In this document: positions 1-12,121 of the stretch, piece after piece | Numbering within the stretch: the first letter of the stretch is position 1 | Layout of the letters: every line of letters begins with the position of its first letter | Source of the DNA: Catajapyx aquilonaris | Taxonomy: Eukaryota | Direction: 5' to 3' | NCBI GenBank assembly: GCA_000934665.2 | Contig: KZ539048.1 | Location: 1-35,367 of the forward strand | Length of the DNA: 35,367 nucleotides | The notes under the pieces: generated by a model | Databases searched by the model: none | Seen by the model: the letters and a program-made list of their open reading frames with translations, nothing else | What the model was told of the DNA's origin: nothing | Program-made: the position numbers and the translations under genes

Positions 1-272
1 AATGTATAGGGGCGTTGACTTTTGAGTAAATTTGGAAAAATATTTACTTACAAGTTAGTGATATTTTGAACTGAATATTCTGATAGTTTTCATAGTGGAA
101 TTTGAGAAGTCGTGGAGAACCTGGGTATAGAGTGCACAGAAATATTAAGAAATTCATCCTTAGTGCATGTGTTAGGCGCAAACTCCGAAAACGGCCATTG
201 AGCGAAAAAACCGAGCACTTCGCGGTATGCTATTTGCAAAACAGGGAGATCGCGAAAGTTGCTCATTTTCAA

Positions 273-611
273 ACCATCCATTTCGCGAAATGTTCATTTT
301 AAAACGGGCACATGCTCTTCTGGACTTTTCTCAGGACTACGCAAAACTGCCAGGACACGAATTTAGTATCGTGGCAGTTTCTAGTTTTCCACTATGCCAT
401 GTAGATAACAACAATAGTGTGATTTATTTCGAACATCTACTTGGCGTAGTGGAAACAAGAAACTGCCACAGCGCCTTATGGGTTTTTTCTGAACCCGCCA
501 CGAATCATAAATATTCGTGTCCTGACATTTTTGTGTAGTCCAGGAAAGCGTTCTGGCCTTTTTAAAAGGAGTATTTCGCGAAATGGATGGTCGCGAATGG
601 ATGGTCAACTG
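273..611. mobile_element. Foldback MITE-like remnant (Tc1/mariner-superfamily type), left end not resolved
   Basis: ACCATCCATTTCGCGAAAT (273-291) is the exact reverse complement of 573-591, and the inverted similarity continues between ~299-327 and ~537-566. The right end is ...GGTCAACTG followed by TA (612-613), the same terminus style as the neighbouring MITE. Confidence 0.6.
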
Positions 612-676
612 TAATTTCTAACATTTCGCGAAATCATTTCGCGAAATGTTTGAAATTACAGTAGACTCCTGATATA

Positions 677-849
677 GGATAGACGATAGAGTTTCGATGG
701 GTTCTCTTCGTGTTCGCGTGGGCTTTCTCGGGGTTCTCCCGTTTCCTCCCACTATCAAAATCCATCACAGCAAAGGCAATGATTAAAGTCGGTTAATTTT
801 TTAAAAAATTATCCCCTAAGAAGCCCAAGGATGCTTGTCACGGGGTATC

Positions 850-889
<40 letters not shown>

Positions 890-910
890 ATAATATTATT
901 ATTATTGTTA

Positions 911-964
<54 letters not shown>
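677..964 (+). mobile_element. 5'-truncated SINE-like retroposon with V-domain-like core and microsatellite tail
   Basis: ~701-752 (GTTCTCTTCGTGTTCGCGTGGGCTTTCTCGGGGTTCTCCCGTTTCCTCCCCAC) resembles the V-SINE central domain as I recall it. It ends in a (TTG)n/(TTA)n tail and interrupts the left TIR of the 659-1506 MITE. Confidence 0.7.
852..963. repeat. Compound microsatellite (TTG)n followed by (TTA)n
   Basis: Directly visible trinucleotide repeats. Confidence 0.97.
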
Positions 965-966
<2 letters not shown>

Positions 967-1165
967 AGCTAGACTTCAAGGAGCCGCAAAAAACGTATGT
1001 TATAACCGAGATCTGTTATAGCCAAGTCGGCACTTTTGCAACAGATACACAGTTTTCGCTTCCCATATGCATATATTAATGAAACTATCCACAAATGCAA
1101 AATTATAGCTCCGTAAATAATATTGCAGGACCAAAAACAATCCGTAATTTTCTTCTTGCCAAATA

Positions 1166-1224
1166 CAGGGTGTCTCAACTTTTTCGTCCGATAACTGATC
1201 GGACAAAAAAGTTTAGACACCCTG
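1166..1224. mobile_element. 59-bp hairpin mini-MITE with Tc1/mariner-type CAGGGTGTC termini
   Basis: 27-bp inverted arms (25/27) around a 5-nt spacer AACTG, with TA on both sides (1164-1165, 1225-1226). Confidence 0.8.
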
Positions 1225-4200
1225 TATACCGAAAAAGCATGATCTTGACTTCTTGAGTAGCTTAGATCAGTGACAGATGCGAAAATCACCTCCGCTACAG
1301 TATTTTCTGCCTTCTTGCGGGTGTGGGAAGGAATCCGAGGGCCAAAAAAATGATCTGTTATAGCCGAGCTGAGGTGAAAATGAGTATGTTATATCAGGAG
1401 TAAAAATACACAGGACCTTATGGAAAGATGGCGGGACCGATCTTTCGAGTTTTTTTTATAACCGAAAGTCCGTTATAACAGAGGCTGTTATATCCGGAGT
1501 CAACTGTAATACTAACGAAATTTTAATTGAATGCCAAGTTTCATAGCAAAAAGCAAAATAAAACTATTTTTTGCACATTTTACGCTTAGCTTACGTCAAT
1601 ATTAAATAGAATAATAGGCAAATTTGCAATTTCAAACACTGATTCCACCAGCTTCGGCACGATATGAATAAAGTGCAATTTTGTTTTTTTCAGGTACTTA
1701 ATACGAGAAAATCATCAGTGAGGATGTAATTGATAAAATCGTAAATTATTCACTTCCAAGTGTTGTATAATCCGACCAATACATTGCTCCGTACAGTGGT
1801 ACAGATTGGCAAGTGGCAACATTGCAAAAATTGCCTTTTGCTGATTAGATTCCCTTTTAAAGGTTATGCCGCCAAAGGAACGTACACTAATATTAATAGC
1901 TGATAAGTTATAACATTAGGGACAGAGTAAGCAGCAGGTCCTCAAAACTTTTGATTATTACCGCAGTGCACGTATATTTCTGAGGAGGGATTGTTATGTT
2001 AATGACTCTGTGATTTACGCCCTCTTCTTGGGCCGTAAATCCTGCCAAATATGACACGTACTCGAAAAGAGCCGGCTGAGATTCCAGAAGCTGCGGTTTA
2101 GCTTGCGGTTATTTCATGGTGGATATTAGGAAGGAATTGAAAGAGGGGGGCCCTATGGCCACATGTTATGTCGCGAAGGAACAGCCGTTTGTGCGCAGGC
2201 CTGCCTTATTCGAATATTCACGGTTTTAAATTTTTTATATTTGCTTTTAATGTCTGTGGGTTCAGAGGTGTCGGGCTAATAATAATTAATGCTGGGAGCT
2301 AAATGACGGCATGGTTGTTGCGGCAACCATTTTCTAGAAATTTTGCCACATTTTTTCGTTGCAGTTTGTTAACAAAAGGCAAGTAGAAAACACTAATATA
2401 TGTATACAAAATTGAAAATAAATCTCATACCCTTACAGCCGTAACCGATGAAATTTAGATGTTGCTTTATCAGATTTTGGACCTACCAATTATAAACGGA
2501 AACAACCACATTTGGAATAAAACCCTACTTTATCAAAACTCGTCACCGCAAACTTCCAAAATTTGCAAACCCTAAGCTTTTCTCTTGCAAATTATCGGCC
2601 CCATAATTCTGGGCACCCCCCCTAAAAAGACACTGCCATTGCGACACATTTAATTAGAGACTCCCCATTCAAAAATGGTAAACTCTGCAGATTTGGGGTT
2701 TTGGGTTGGACGGCGAGATGGATGACAAAAGAAACGCATCTCTTGTGCTGGAGGGCAACAAAAAAAAAAGCATAGGGTTGTTGCAAGTGGCCCTTTCTCA
2801 CTCAGGGGCGCAATTACACGGGAGGCAATCAAGAAGAGGGGGGGTTGCAACAAGAGGAAAGGAGTCCATCAGTTGGATCGGATGGAGGGTGGCCCCCCTG
2901 AAGCAACAGTAGCACACTCAGACACTCATTGCCAGAAAAGCCAGTGGTTAGCCTCGCCATTCCACACTGTTCATTTCATGCTTTGCTGGGCGTCCTTAAT
3001 GACTTGGTCACTCTTATAACCCTTTGGCTCCAACCCGCCGACCACTCCAGCGGCACCTACCTGGAGCAGGCTTGCACTCAACTCTTGTGTTGATGAATTT
3101 ACGAAATGTTGTGCAATTTTTTTTGCAATATATAGCATATAAATGTCTCATCAGTTGTGACCACCTGATCTGACCACAAACGGTGGAGCAGTGTCGTGCA
3201 TCCCCCTCCACTGAAATAATATGTCACTTTCTAAACCCACACAAAGGCAATGAAGTAGAACACGGAGTAACGCATCCCCGAGCACTTGTTAATCACAATT
3301 TGTCGAGAATTCCTGCGAGTCCGGATTCCATGCACCTGAGCAGAGAGCGGTTTGGGTTCTTCTCCTCCACCCCCCCTACCTTCCCTATCTCCCCGCTCCT
3401 TCCTCACCGCCGCCATATTTTATCCTTCACAAACAACGCCAACGACGCCAAAGCAGAAAGAGCCATTCTTTACAACTGATTCAATCTGTAACTATCAACG
3501 AGGCACAGCGACGGGGTACGCCTAATGTCTCGGCATTTGCATAATGCGCTCGTTTCCTATGCAAGTCACACTCGGATTTAATTGGTCCGGCCCCGAATCC
3601 TTAGGAAAAGACATGGGAGGAAAAACTATTTGAGCAGCAGCGGTGGCCACTTCCAACTGCCACTAAGACTATAAGGGGGGGGGGGNGGGGGGGGGGGGCA
3701 ACACGATGGATAGCTTTGCATGCCGGGCCTAAATCTATTGGCGAATCTAAGCCAGTAGAATTTTCTCGCCAATTATTAAGTATGGACCGGATTGGTATGA
3801 AGGGTGGTTGTCCTGCTTTAGTTTTTTAAAGATATCACAGGTTGAGTCGACCATCTGAAAACAAGCCTGATTGGACCGAATTCAAATATTTAAAGTCACC
3901 AATGCTGCTCTCATGTCCCATATAACAGCAAAATGCTCATTAGTAATTACAGGCTTCCTGATAGGCAAAGAATGATAAATGTCCCATATGCAATATACTG
4001 CACCTGCGCAGTTCATCATTTTGACGTGTTATCGTACACACGACTTAAGTGAGCTGCAAGAAACTTAGCAATAAAATATATTGGCATGTATTTTGGCACC
4101 GTCCTGCCCCTTTCGTAAATATATCATTAATGCCTTGTTTGTTGTCAACAGTTTGTTTATTCAATCACGCACTCCGACAAATACTTTCAATTAGCATCTA

Positions 4201-7200
4201 CCTCGACGTCCGCGCAAAAATTCTAAGCCAGAAATTTATGCCCACCCTAATTTACGCAACAATCAAGTGCTGAGAAGGCGATTATCATAGTATTTAAACC
4301 AAAAGAAATAAATCATCGGCCAATTAGTCAAAGATGACAAATGACAGCCCCCATAATGTATCTTCTGGCTGTAAATGTAATATCTCCCGCCAGGTATTTT
4401 TTTTTTGAGCAGAAATAACGAGTTGACATTACAGCTTGCAGCAGATAGATGATTCCTTTTAATCTTAAGGAATTCCCCCTGCCGCAAGTGAGTGGCGCAT
4501 ATAGGCCGCCATTTCTTGCCCTCCGACTTTTATGGATCTCTTGTGACAGTTAACAGCTGTTATGGGGTCGAGCTGGAGGATTTGGGTTCCAGCCATTTGT
4601 CCACTGTCACTTATTGAGCCCGGTTAATTGAATCGTCCATACCTTGAACCCAGTTGTTTACCGAGTGAGGTACAATTAGTGGAAGTCATCAGGTTTTTGG
4701 GAGAACGGACTTGTCTTGTTTACATTCCGAAAGCAGCAGATGTGGATAAGAAGAGAAAAAAAACAGTCAGATGCCTTTACAGCGATTTCGTCCATAAGTT
4801 AAGCATGTGCTCAGCGTGAAAGCAATAGCAGTGAAAAGTTGGCGGGGATTCCTTCAGGTTTTTGTAGCGCCGGGGTGTCTCGAAGATTGTCGGCCTGCCG
4901 TGCATTCAAATATACGCTTTTCTTGGTGGTATGCGTGCTGAGGATGAGGAGCTTACAAGCTGGGATTTTTACCCACACTCGAACCTTTTTCTTGAACCTA
5001 TATATGTTTCGGTTGGCGCAATGCGGAGGTTCACACGTGTGGTAGTCGAAGCTCCTTCTGTAGGTGTACAAGATGTTACAAAATCATATTTTACAAATGA
5101 AATTTAAATTTTAGTTCAATTGTGTGTGACAAGTGTACATGGATTACAACCAGAGCCAATGATATACATATTACATTAGCTGTACCATTACAGGCCAATT
5201 TATATCTTGCAATTTAGACAGGTTGTCGAATATCTCACAAAAGTCATTTCGCCAAATTGCACAAAAAAAGTCAGTGGAAAGGTCATGAATAGTGAACAGC
5301 GTGTATTAAATTTGAATTCAATTCAAGGAGATCTTATCCTAGACTTGATCACAAATATTGCGCACAAAATAGGACGCCGCAACAATTACCGACAATTTAT
5401 ATATCTACAATATCCATTTACCTGTTGGAAATTAACAGCGTAAAATATACACTCTAGGTCCGTAATAACCATTTAATTAGCATATTTCAACCACATCCTG
5501 ATAGGGTGAAAAACGATACAATATAACTAATAGCCACTTTCGAAGCAAAAACCCATAAAGATGTCCGATCATTCCCCGATCTTTATTGTTTTCTCATACT
5601 ATACGGTCGCATTACTGGCGTAATAATGGAATGTTTGAGGCAAATCAGGCACGGATCAAACCACAAGTCCGTTATGCTTATCCCCCATCCGGTAGGAATT
5701 CGCATAAACATTTAGGGATATGGAGGCAGAGGGTGTCGTAGAGTCGCCATTAACGCCGCAGTTAGCAAGTGATCGGGGGGTTGGGGGACAGGCCTGTTAG
5801 CAAACATGTCAGGGGGCGACTCGGACATCGTACCGGCGGCTCCTGGAAATGGCAAGATTGCCATCGGAAGAGGCCTAGGAACGACCCAATCAACCCACAG
5901 CTATTTGGGGGCCTTCTGTTTACAATGATTGCGTACAGGGCCATCTTGTCTTTCAGAGGAATGTGGGAGCATAACTTCTTTCTAGAAGGTTTTTTTTGCG
6001 GGTCTTGTTCTTTTGTCTGATGGCGGGGGACTACTCCTCACGATGGCCTTAAGGTGGACAAAAAAGCCGCCGATGGGTGTGGTCGCCACACATATACAAC
6101 CAGAGTCGTTACTGCCAGTCTGGACTTCATAGCCAATCTCGAAGGCATTTGTGTTCAATCTGTTATGCTCCGGGGGAGAAGGAATTTTTATGTGAAGTTG
6201 AAGAGCAGAAATGCCGGTGCCAATCGACGATTTGTTGCCCCCTTTTTCTCCCACCGCTGCCACCATGTTGTAGCATATTAGTGGACAACAACAGTATAAT
6301 CAGATCTTCATCCAGTGCAACCGTGCCTATGATAGCTTCTAATGCAACCACCTAGGCTGTGGTAATCGCCAGCTTCCCAGTGAAAGGGGTCAGAGGTAAA
6401 AAGAGGCTGAATCCCATTTGCGGGTACTGCGTGTGTGCATGACGTTCCTTTTAAGGGGTTGTAGGGATGTAATTTTCTAAGACAAGCTTACTCGCATCTG
6501 CTCATGACGTGCTGGATACGTATCGTGCCGTCCGACTGTAAAGTCAGGGGGGTAAGCTTGCCGTGAACGGAACGGCGCATTAGGGAAAAGAAGTGGGAGG
6601 AAAATTGCAGGAATCAACAGGGTGTAAACAACCTACCCTGGCCATTTGGGCCCCCTGGAAATGGCCGCGATGAGCTTATGGAAGTTCAACCCACGCCGAC
6701 GTAGGTGGCGCCTGTTATACGTTTGGGACGCCATACTTGGGAACAGCTGATCCGCATATGTGGTTGTACCGAAATGAAATATCAGTGAAGATTCCAGGGA
6801 CAGCAAGTGGGAAGGGAGGGATGGCAGGAGTGAGAAGAGGAAGAAATCCTTCTTGTCACCCAAAATACACCGCGCGCTCCACGAAGAGAGAAGCTCCAAT
6901 TACGTCCATTTCAGCGCAAAGTGAGAAGGAGCGGAAGAAGCTAGGTCGAAAAACGCATCTTTTCCCCTTGGCATTTGTTGACGTGTGGTCGTGGCGTTGT
7001 CTCCCCAGCCCGTCCTTCAGCTTTAAAAAAGAGGAGGGGGGGAGGAGGAGATGGGAGGGCAGAGGGGGATATATGTTAATTAGAGCAGTCAGGAGAAAAG
7101 AGGCGCTTGCATGACGCTGTCTTGCTTGCTCCGTGGCAGCCTCTGCCTACCACCACCCTTTTCTAACCCCGTTAATATTGATGAGTCCTTCCGCCATTTT

Positions 7201-7325
7201 TCTACCTCTTTTTTTACTCCCCAGCCTGCCTGCCTGCCAGGGAGAAGACGACGCTCTGTAATCGGATTTTACTAAGCCCAGTTTACCATGTTGCTCAGCT
7301 ATGTGGACTAATGATTCAACATAAT

Positions 7326-7399
7326 CAGATTCTATACCAACCAAAGCCATTTTGGAAAAATTCATTTTTCCAAAATGGCTTTGGTTGGTATAGAATCTG
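7326..7399. repeat. Perfect 36-bp inverted repeat with 2-nt spacer
   Basis: CAGATTCTATACCAACCAAAGCCATTTTGGAAAAAT, then TC, then its exact reverse complement. Confidence 0.95.
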
Positions 7400-9439
7400 C
7401 TACTAGTTCATAGGTACCCTTTCTTCATTGACAACCGTCAACAACAGGGCAAAATTGTGTAAAATGAAGGCAACAAAGTGGTTCGAGACTTGTGAAGAAC
7501 CGGTCTCCTATCAGCAGCGGTTGGGATGATGAGGGACATAATTCGGGACGGAACAGAATCATTGACACGGAGTGTCATGTCCGGGCAGCTACGACATGGC
7601 TAGTTGCCATCATGGCCGATAACGGAGATGCCCTTTATATATATTGGCCGCTAATCATATGTGGAGAGTTGGAGATTTTTTGGAGTGAGCAACACAGGCG
7701 TCCACTCTCCATCTCTCTCATATGTCAGGAGAGATGAAATCACCCGAGGTGGGATTTGGATTAAGCAAATGTATAGCGCTGGTTTTTGATAATTTAATGC
7801 CAATCCCGGCTGAATCCTGACAGGTTACAAGGTGCGAATAGGACTTTTCGTTCAAGCTTCGTCCGACGTGTGTGGAGGGGGTTAAAAAGTGTGATGGTAG
7901 AGTGTGTGGGGTGAGGGTTAGGGAGGGGGGAATGTTATAAATTATGAATGATGATTAAAAAATGATTTCATCCAGACGGGTGGCCAATGGGGGAACATAG
8001 GAGAGTGTCACCATCATAGGGGTGGAAAAGAAAGGTACTCCGCATATAGTAGCGGCAGGCACTCGTTTTTGTGCGTGTGTGCTACGAATAGCAGTGTTTT
8101 AACGTTGGGAAGATGTAAAGGCACACTTGCAATATTCATGTATATGCATATGGACACGTGTGGTAATTAGCTCGATTATGTGGTACAGGTTATCTTGTGA
8201 GTCCGCTTGAAACAGACGTGTGTTTTACAGTTTATATCATGGCGGAAGTTTTCGGAATTTTCTGTATGGTTATGGAAATAGCTGGCTTACGAAATTATTA
8301 ATGAATAATAAATTGAGTATACATTCATGTAGATTAGATATTATTGGTTTTTATTTGTGGCGAGAAAATGAAGCGTAGTATTACAGCTTCAACACTGGCT
8401 TTTATTCCATTACCATGTTGCCTGAGAGGTCTAAATGATTCAAAAACTAGATTAGTGGCTTTTACTAGATGTTGGCGATAGGCTTACCTTTATAAAAAGG
8501 AATCTTCAACCTTACCATAGTAGTCCGCGAGTAATTTACCTTCTTTATTCCCTCCTAATGTTATTCGCAGAGCTAGACCCTCACAAATAGAGGACGGCGT
8601 TCGAGTATCAAGCAGGGGAGGATATCCTGCCTATATAAGCTATATGGACTGGTGTCTCCATCAACTTTGTGGTTAGAAAAATCAAGAAGAATGAACTTAA
8701 CACGATGGAACCTTTTTCACGCATTTGGTGTTAGAAAATGTTATTTTTTCATGACTGCATCATGACTCATGTACACCAGGTTTTACCTTTTTGGCGGCAA
8801 TTTATTAGACCTATACTATAATCAAAATGGAGGCGGGGGGGGGGGGGGGGGGANGATTGGACCCTTGTTCTGAAGAGAAGTTCAGATATTTTTTCATAAA
8901 TGTAGTCTGTAATAACCACCTTGATTAGGCCAATTTCAATATTACAATCATGCGCTAATGAACCACCTTCAGTAGAATAATGCAATAACTGCAGTAACTT
9001 TTAAAAATATGCCTCTTAATGCTCACGTCATTTCATACTCAACTTGAATTTTCGCTAACAGCCGCTATTGTAGTTACCTAGTTTTACATTGTTACACCCA
9101 ATTACACTTTACAGCGTAGCCTACAGCCTGCTTATTCTAAGTTTCCGGTACTTGTTTTTGGTTGCAGCAATAGGTAGACTACAGCATGCTGATGGCTGAG
9201 GGAAATTCCGTGTACTATAAGTTACATGTCGGCGGAGAGCATGAGATCCTGAATGGGGTTCAACAATGACTTCCCATGCAGCGTCCGAACAAAAATAATG
9301 CTGGTAGGTAGGCCTATACAGCACAGAAGTTTTATCACTTATTTTTGCCTCCAGTGACGGGATGTTTTGACCATGAACGTTGCAACAAACGTATAGGCCT
9401 ACTTCACAATAGTATTCCAGTGATCTTGATACTAGTATA

Positions 9440-9866
9440 CAGGGTCATCGAAAAAGAATGTCCCATTTTTAAAACCCTAAAAGTTAACTCGAAAACTTGC
9501 AGACATATCTTATCTGAATGATTTAAGTTTTGAGATAAACTAAGAAAGGTCTACAGTTTTGGCTTCAGCTTACTTGTTAGTTTGTTTCAATACGTGCTTC
9601 ATTTGTCGCTATAGGCAGATAAAAAGCCGGCATTCGGTACAAACCCGCTCAATCACATCTGGAGTTACCGTTGCAATCCTATCCCGTAGGTGCTGGAGAT
9701 CTCTTATATTTGACATTGTTCTTGATGATTCAAATAAAAATAAACCTGCCGTAGAAAATTTTATTGTTCACCACTTCACCCTCCAAAGTGTGAGAAGTTT
9801 CTCCACGCCTATCCCCTCCAGAAGCCCAGATTTTACCCCGATGGACTTTTTTGTGGAGATACATGT
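9440..9866 (-). mobile_element. Decayed Tc1/mariner-family transposon 3' end with transposase pseudogene fragments
   Basis: The terminus is TA|CAGGGTCATCGAAAAAG (9438-9456). Minus strand ~9726-9577 reads IKNNV / IRDLQHLRDRIATVTPDVIERVCTE / IATNEARIETN* across frameshifts, resembling a Tc1/mariner transposase C-terminus. Plus strand ~9814-9866 reads PSRSPDFTPMDFF then, after a frameshift, WRYM, matching the WPPRSPDLxPxDF.WGY motif. Confidence 0.8.
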
Positions 9867-11092
9867 ATGGTGAAAAGATTCGGCACCACTATCACCTATA
9901 AGGCTCACAGGAACAATCCCAAGTCTAAAATAGGTTAAGACACCTATTGATAATTTTGGTGCACATGTGATTATATCTCTTAAAATACTACCGGCCATAA
10001 CTATAGGCTCCATAATGTTCCTCAATTTGTAATTATTGCGTGTGGTAAATATTAACCATTCATCTTCTTACACACGGCTCAGTTATCCAGTCCACAAGAC
10101 CACAACTCATGCCTAGGCCTCGCTTAGCACCGATTATAACGGCCATTTATTTCTTTCCACTGATTTCAAAATGGATGGGATGTCCCTCGTTTCTGACACG
10201 AAACCTTGCATGCTCTGCATTAAAAATGACAAATCAAATCGACATTACATTCCGTTATCTCCATCCCACTAGCTATAACCTGCTGAAATGTCTAACCGGA
10301 AATAAACAACTCGCATATTGTCCCAAACCACGCGAAGAACCAACTATTTTCTTTTTTAAGAAAAGAAATACGCACCTGACAAACTTGCAGACAACACACA
10401 TCCCTCACATTTGACATTTAAGTCACCAGATCCACAACAATAGTCCTATAGATACACCATCTAAATAACGGTCCTTCTAGGGTCCAAAACCGCTCGACAA
10501 AAACTTTCAAAATGACAGCCTTAAAAAGATGCAAACGCCAGATTTTTTACTCCTTGCTATAAATTAACCCATACTTGAGACCCCTTTACGGGGAAGGAGA
10601 AAATAGAATGCAGCTGTCATCTTGGAGAGCTGGAAATGTATGTAAATGCCTTTTTGCTGGAGGAGGCTGGATTATACTTCCCCCCTCCCCCCTCCCCCCC
10701 CCCTCAAAAAAAAATATTCAAGAATTTTTCTTTCCCCCTTCTCCTCAGCACCATCTCGTGCTCAAAGACCTCCTTAAAATGCAAAGTCCGTCACGGAAGG
10801 TCAGCACAGACGCACATAAATCACACTGGTCTTAAAACTCCAGCTAATCAGTGCAGTTCTCTACCTAGGCCGTTTGTCAAATGTCGGCGGGGAAGAGCTG
10901 CCTGCATAAATATCAAATTAGCCTATGCATTTCATGTCATTAGAAAAAAATAAAAGAAAATTTTCAGTTGTTTTGAGCTAAAGCGAAGGGTGCTGGCCAA
11001 CAATCGTTCATCAACAATGAAAATATCACAAAAAGTGTCTCCAAAAAGTGAGGGGTTTACACCACACGGAACACAAAAAGAGGGGGGGGGGG

Positions 11093-11292
11093 NNNNNNNN
11101 NNNNNNNNNNNNNNNNNNNNNNNNNNNNNNNNNNNNNNNNNNNNNNNNNNNNNNNNNNNNNNNNNNNNNNNNNNNNNNNNNNNNNNNNNNNNNNNNNNNN
11201 NNNNNNNNNNNNNNNNNNNNNNNNNNNNNNNNNNNNNNNNNNNNNNNNNNNNNNNNNNNNNNNNNNNNNNNNNNNNNNNNNNNNNNNNNNNN
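11093..11292. other. Assembly gap (200 N) flanked by poly-G
   Basis: Run of N with G homopolymers on both sides. Confidence 0.99.
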
Positions 11293-11627
11293 GGGGGGGG
11301 TTGTTTCATTCTGAAGTGGTTTGCAGGGGGGCACCCCCACCAACCTCCAAAATGATTTTTTGGCTAAAGTTGATGCATGGCTTCGCAATTTATCAACATC
11401 AAAGTTGTGGGGAAATGTTGAGTGGAAGATTATAACCTGTTGTCTGATGGGAAGCCCGGGAATTGTGGCCACAATTTTTAGGGAGCCGGTCATTTTGGTT
11501 GTCGCTTCAGAGATTGCACGGTGGCCAAAAGGGCGGAATTTTAGATTTGACGGCTTATTTGCTGGGTGAATGAATAAAGCTCCCGACTTACGCACGTTAA
11601 AAAAATATTATTATACTGTACACTGTA

Positions 11628-11855
11628 CAGTGTTGGACATTAATCGCGACATTTTCTGATGCGGCAGAAGTACGAATCGAAGTGATAGAGCCGTGCGAGT
11701 AAGAAGAGGTAGGCCTTGAGTGACCCCAAGCCAGTGACGTCACCCAAGGGCTACCATTTCTTATTCGCACAGCTCGCACTCTATCACTTCGATTTTCACG
11801 TCTGCCGCATCGGTAAATATCGCCAGCAGTATGATTGAATTAATGTCCAGCACTG
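11628..11855. mobile_element. 228-bp MITE with long imperfect inverted arms, TA target duplication (Tc1/mariner superfamily)
   Basis: TA|CAGTGTTGGACATTAAT ... ATTAATGTCCAGCACTG|TA. Internal pairs include GATGCGGCAGA/TCTGCCGCATC, AATCGAAGTGATAGAG/CTCTATCACTTCGATT and GTGCGAGTAAGAA/TTCTTATTCGCAC. Confidence 0.88.
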
Positions 11856-12121
11856 TACTATATCGCTCAAAAACATAGTACGTCATTAAGCGAAATTACA
11901 AATCCACAACATGAGCCGCAATTAATAAATAAGACAGATTGGAATATCCACAATAACGTTCACTGGCCTGCGACGTACACGATGGACAGTTAAATTTAAT
12001 ATTTACAGGGGATGGCCCGGCATTACCTTTCATCCCAGCACACGATGGACAGTAAAATGTCTGTAAATGACATCATTAATGGTGATACAAACCGACAATA
12101 ACACTCGCGTATCATTAAACC

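Larger units (their letters stand above)
659..1506. mobile_element. Non-autonomous DNA transposon (MITE), Tc1/mariner superfamily, pogo/Tigger-like termini
   Basis: TA dinucleotides flank both ends (657-658, 1507-1508). The left TIR CAGTAGACTCCTGATATA matches the reverse complement of the right end, CAGTTGACTCCGGATATA (16/18). GTTATA(A/G)CC motifs recur internally. No transposase ORF. Confidence 0.85.

Noticed and set aside
5049..5070. Partial resemblance to miR-993 (similar partial hits to miR-71 near 3606 and miR-281 near 29363)
   Set aside because: Only short matches, with no full mature sequence and no precursor hairpin.
10932..11595. Several long ORFs across the gap
   Set aside because: They are artefacts of translating through 200 Ns.
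3701..12053. 10-mer ACACGATGGA occurring four times (3701, 8700, 11977, 12040)
   Set aside because: Two copies belong to one local duplication, and three independent hits of some 10-mer are expected by chance in 35 kb.
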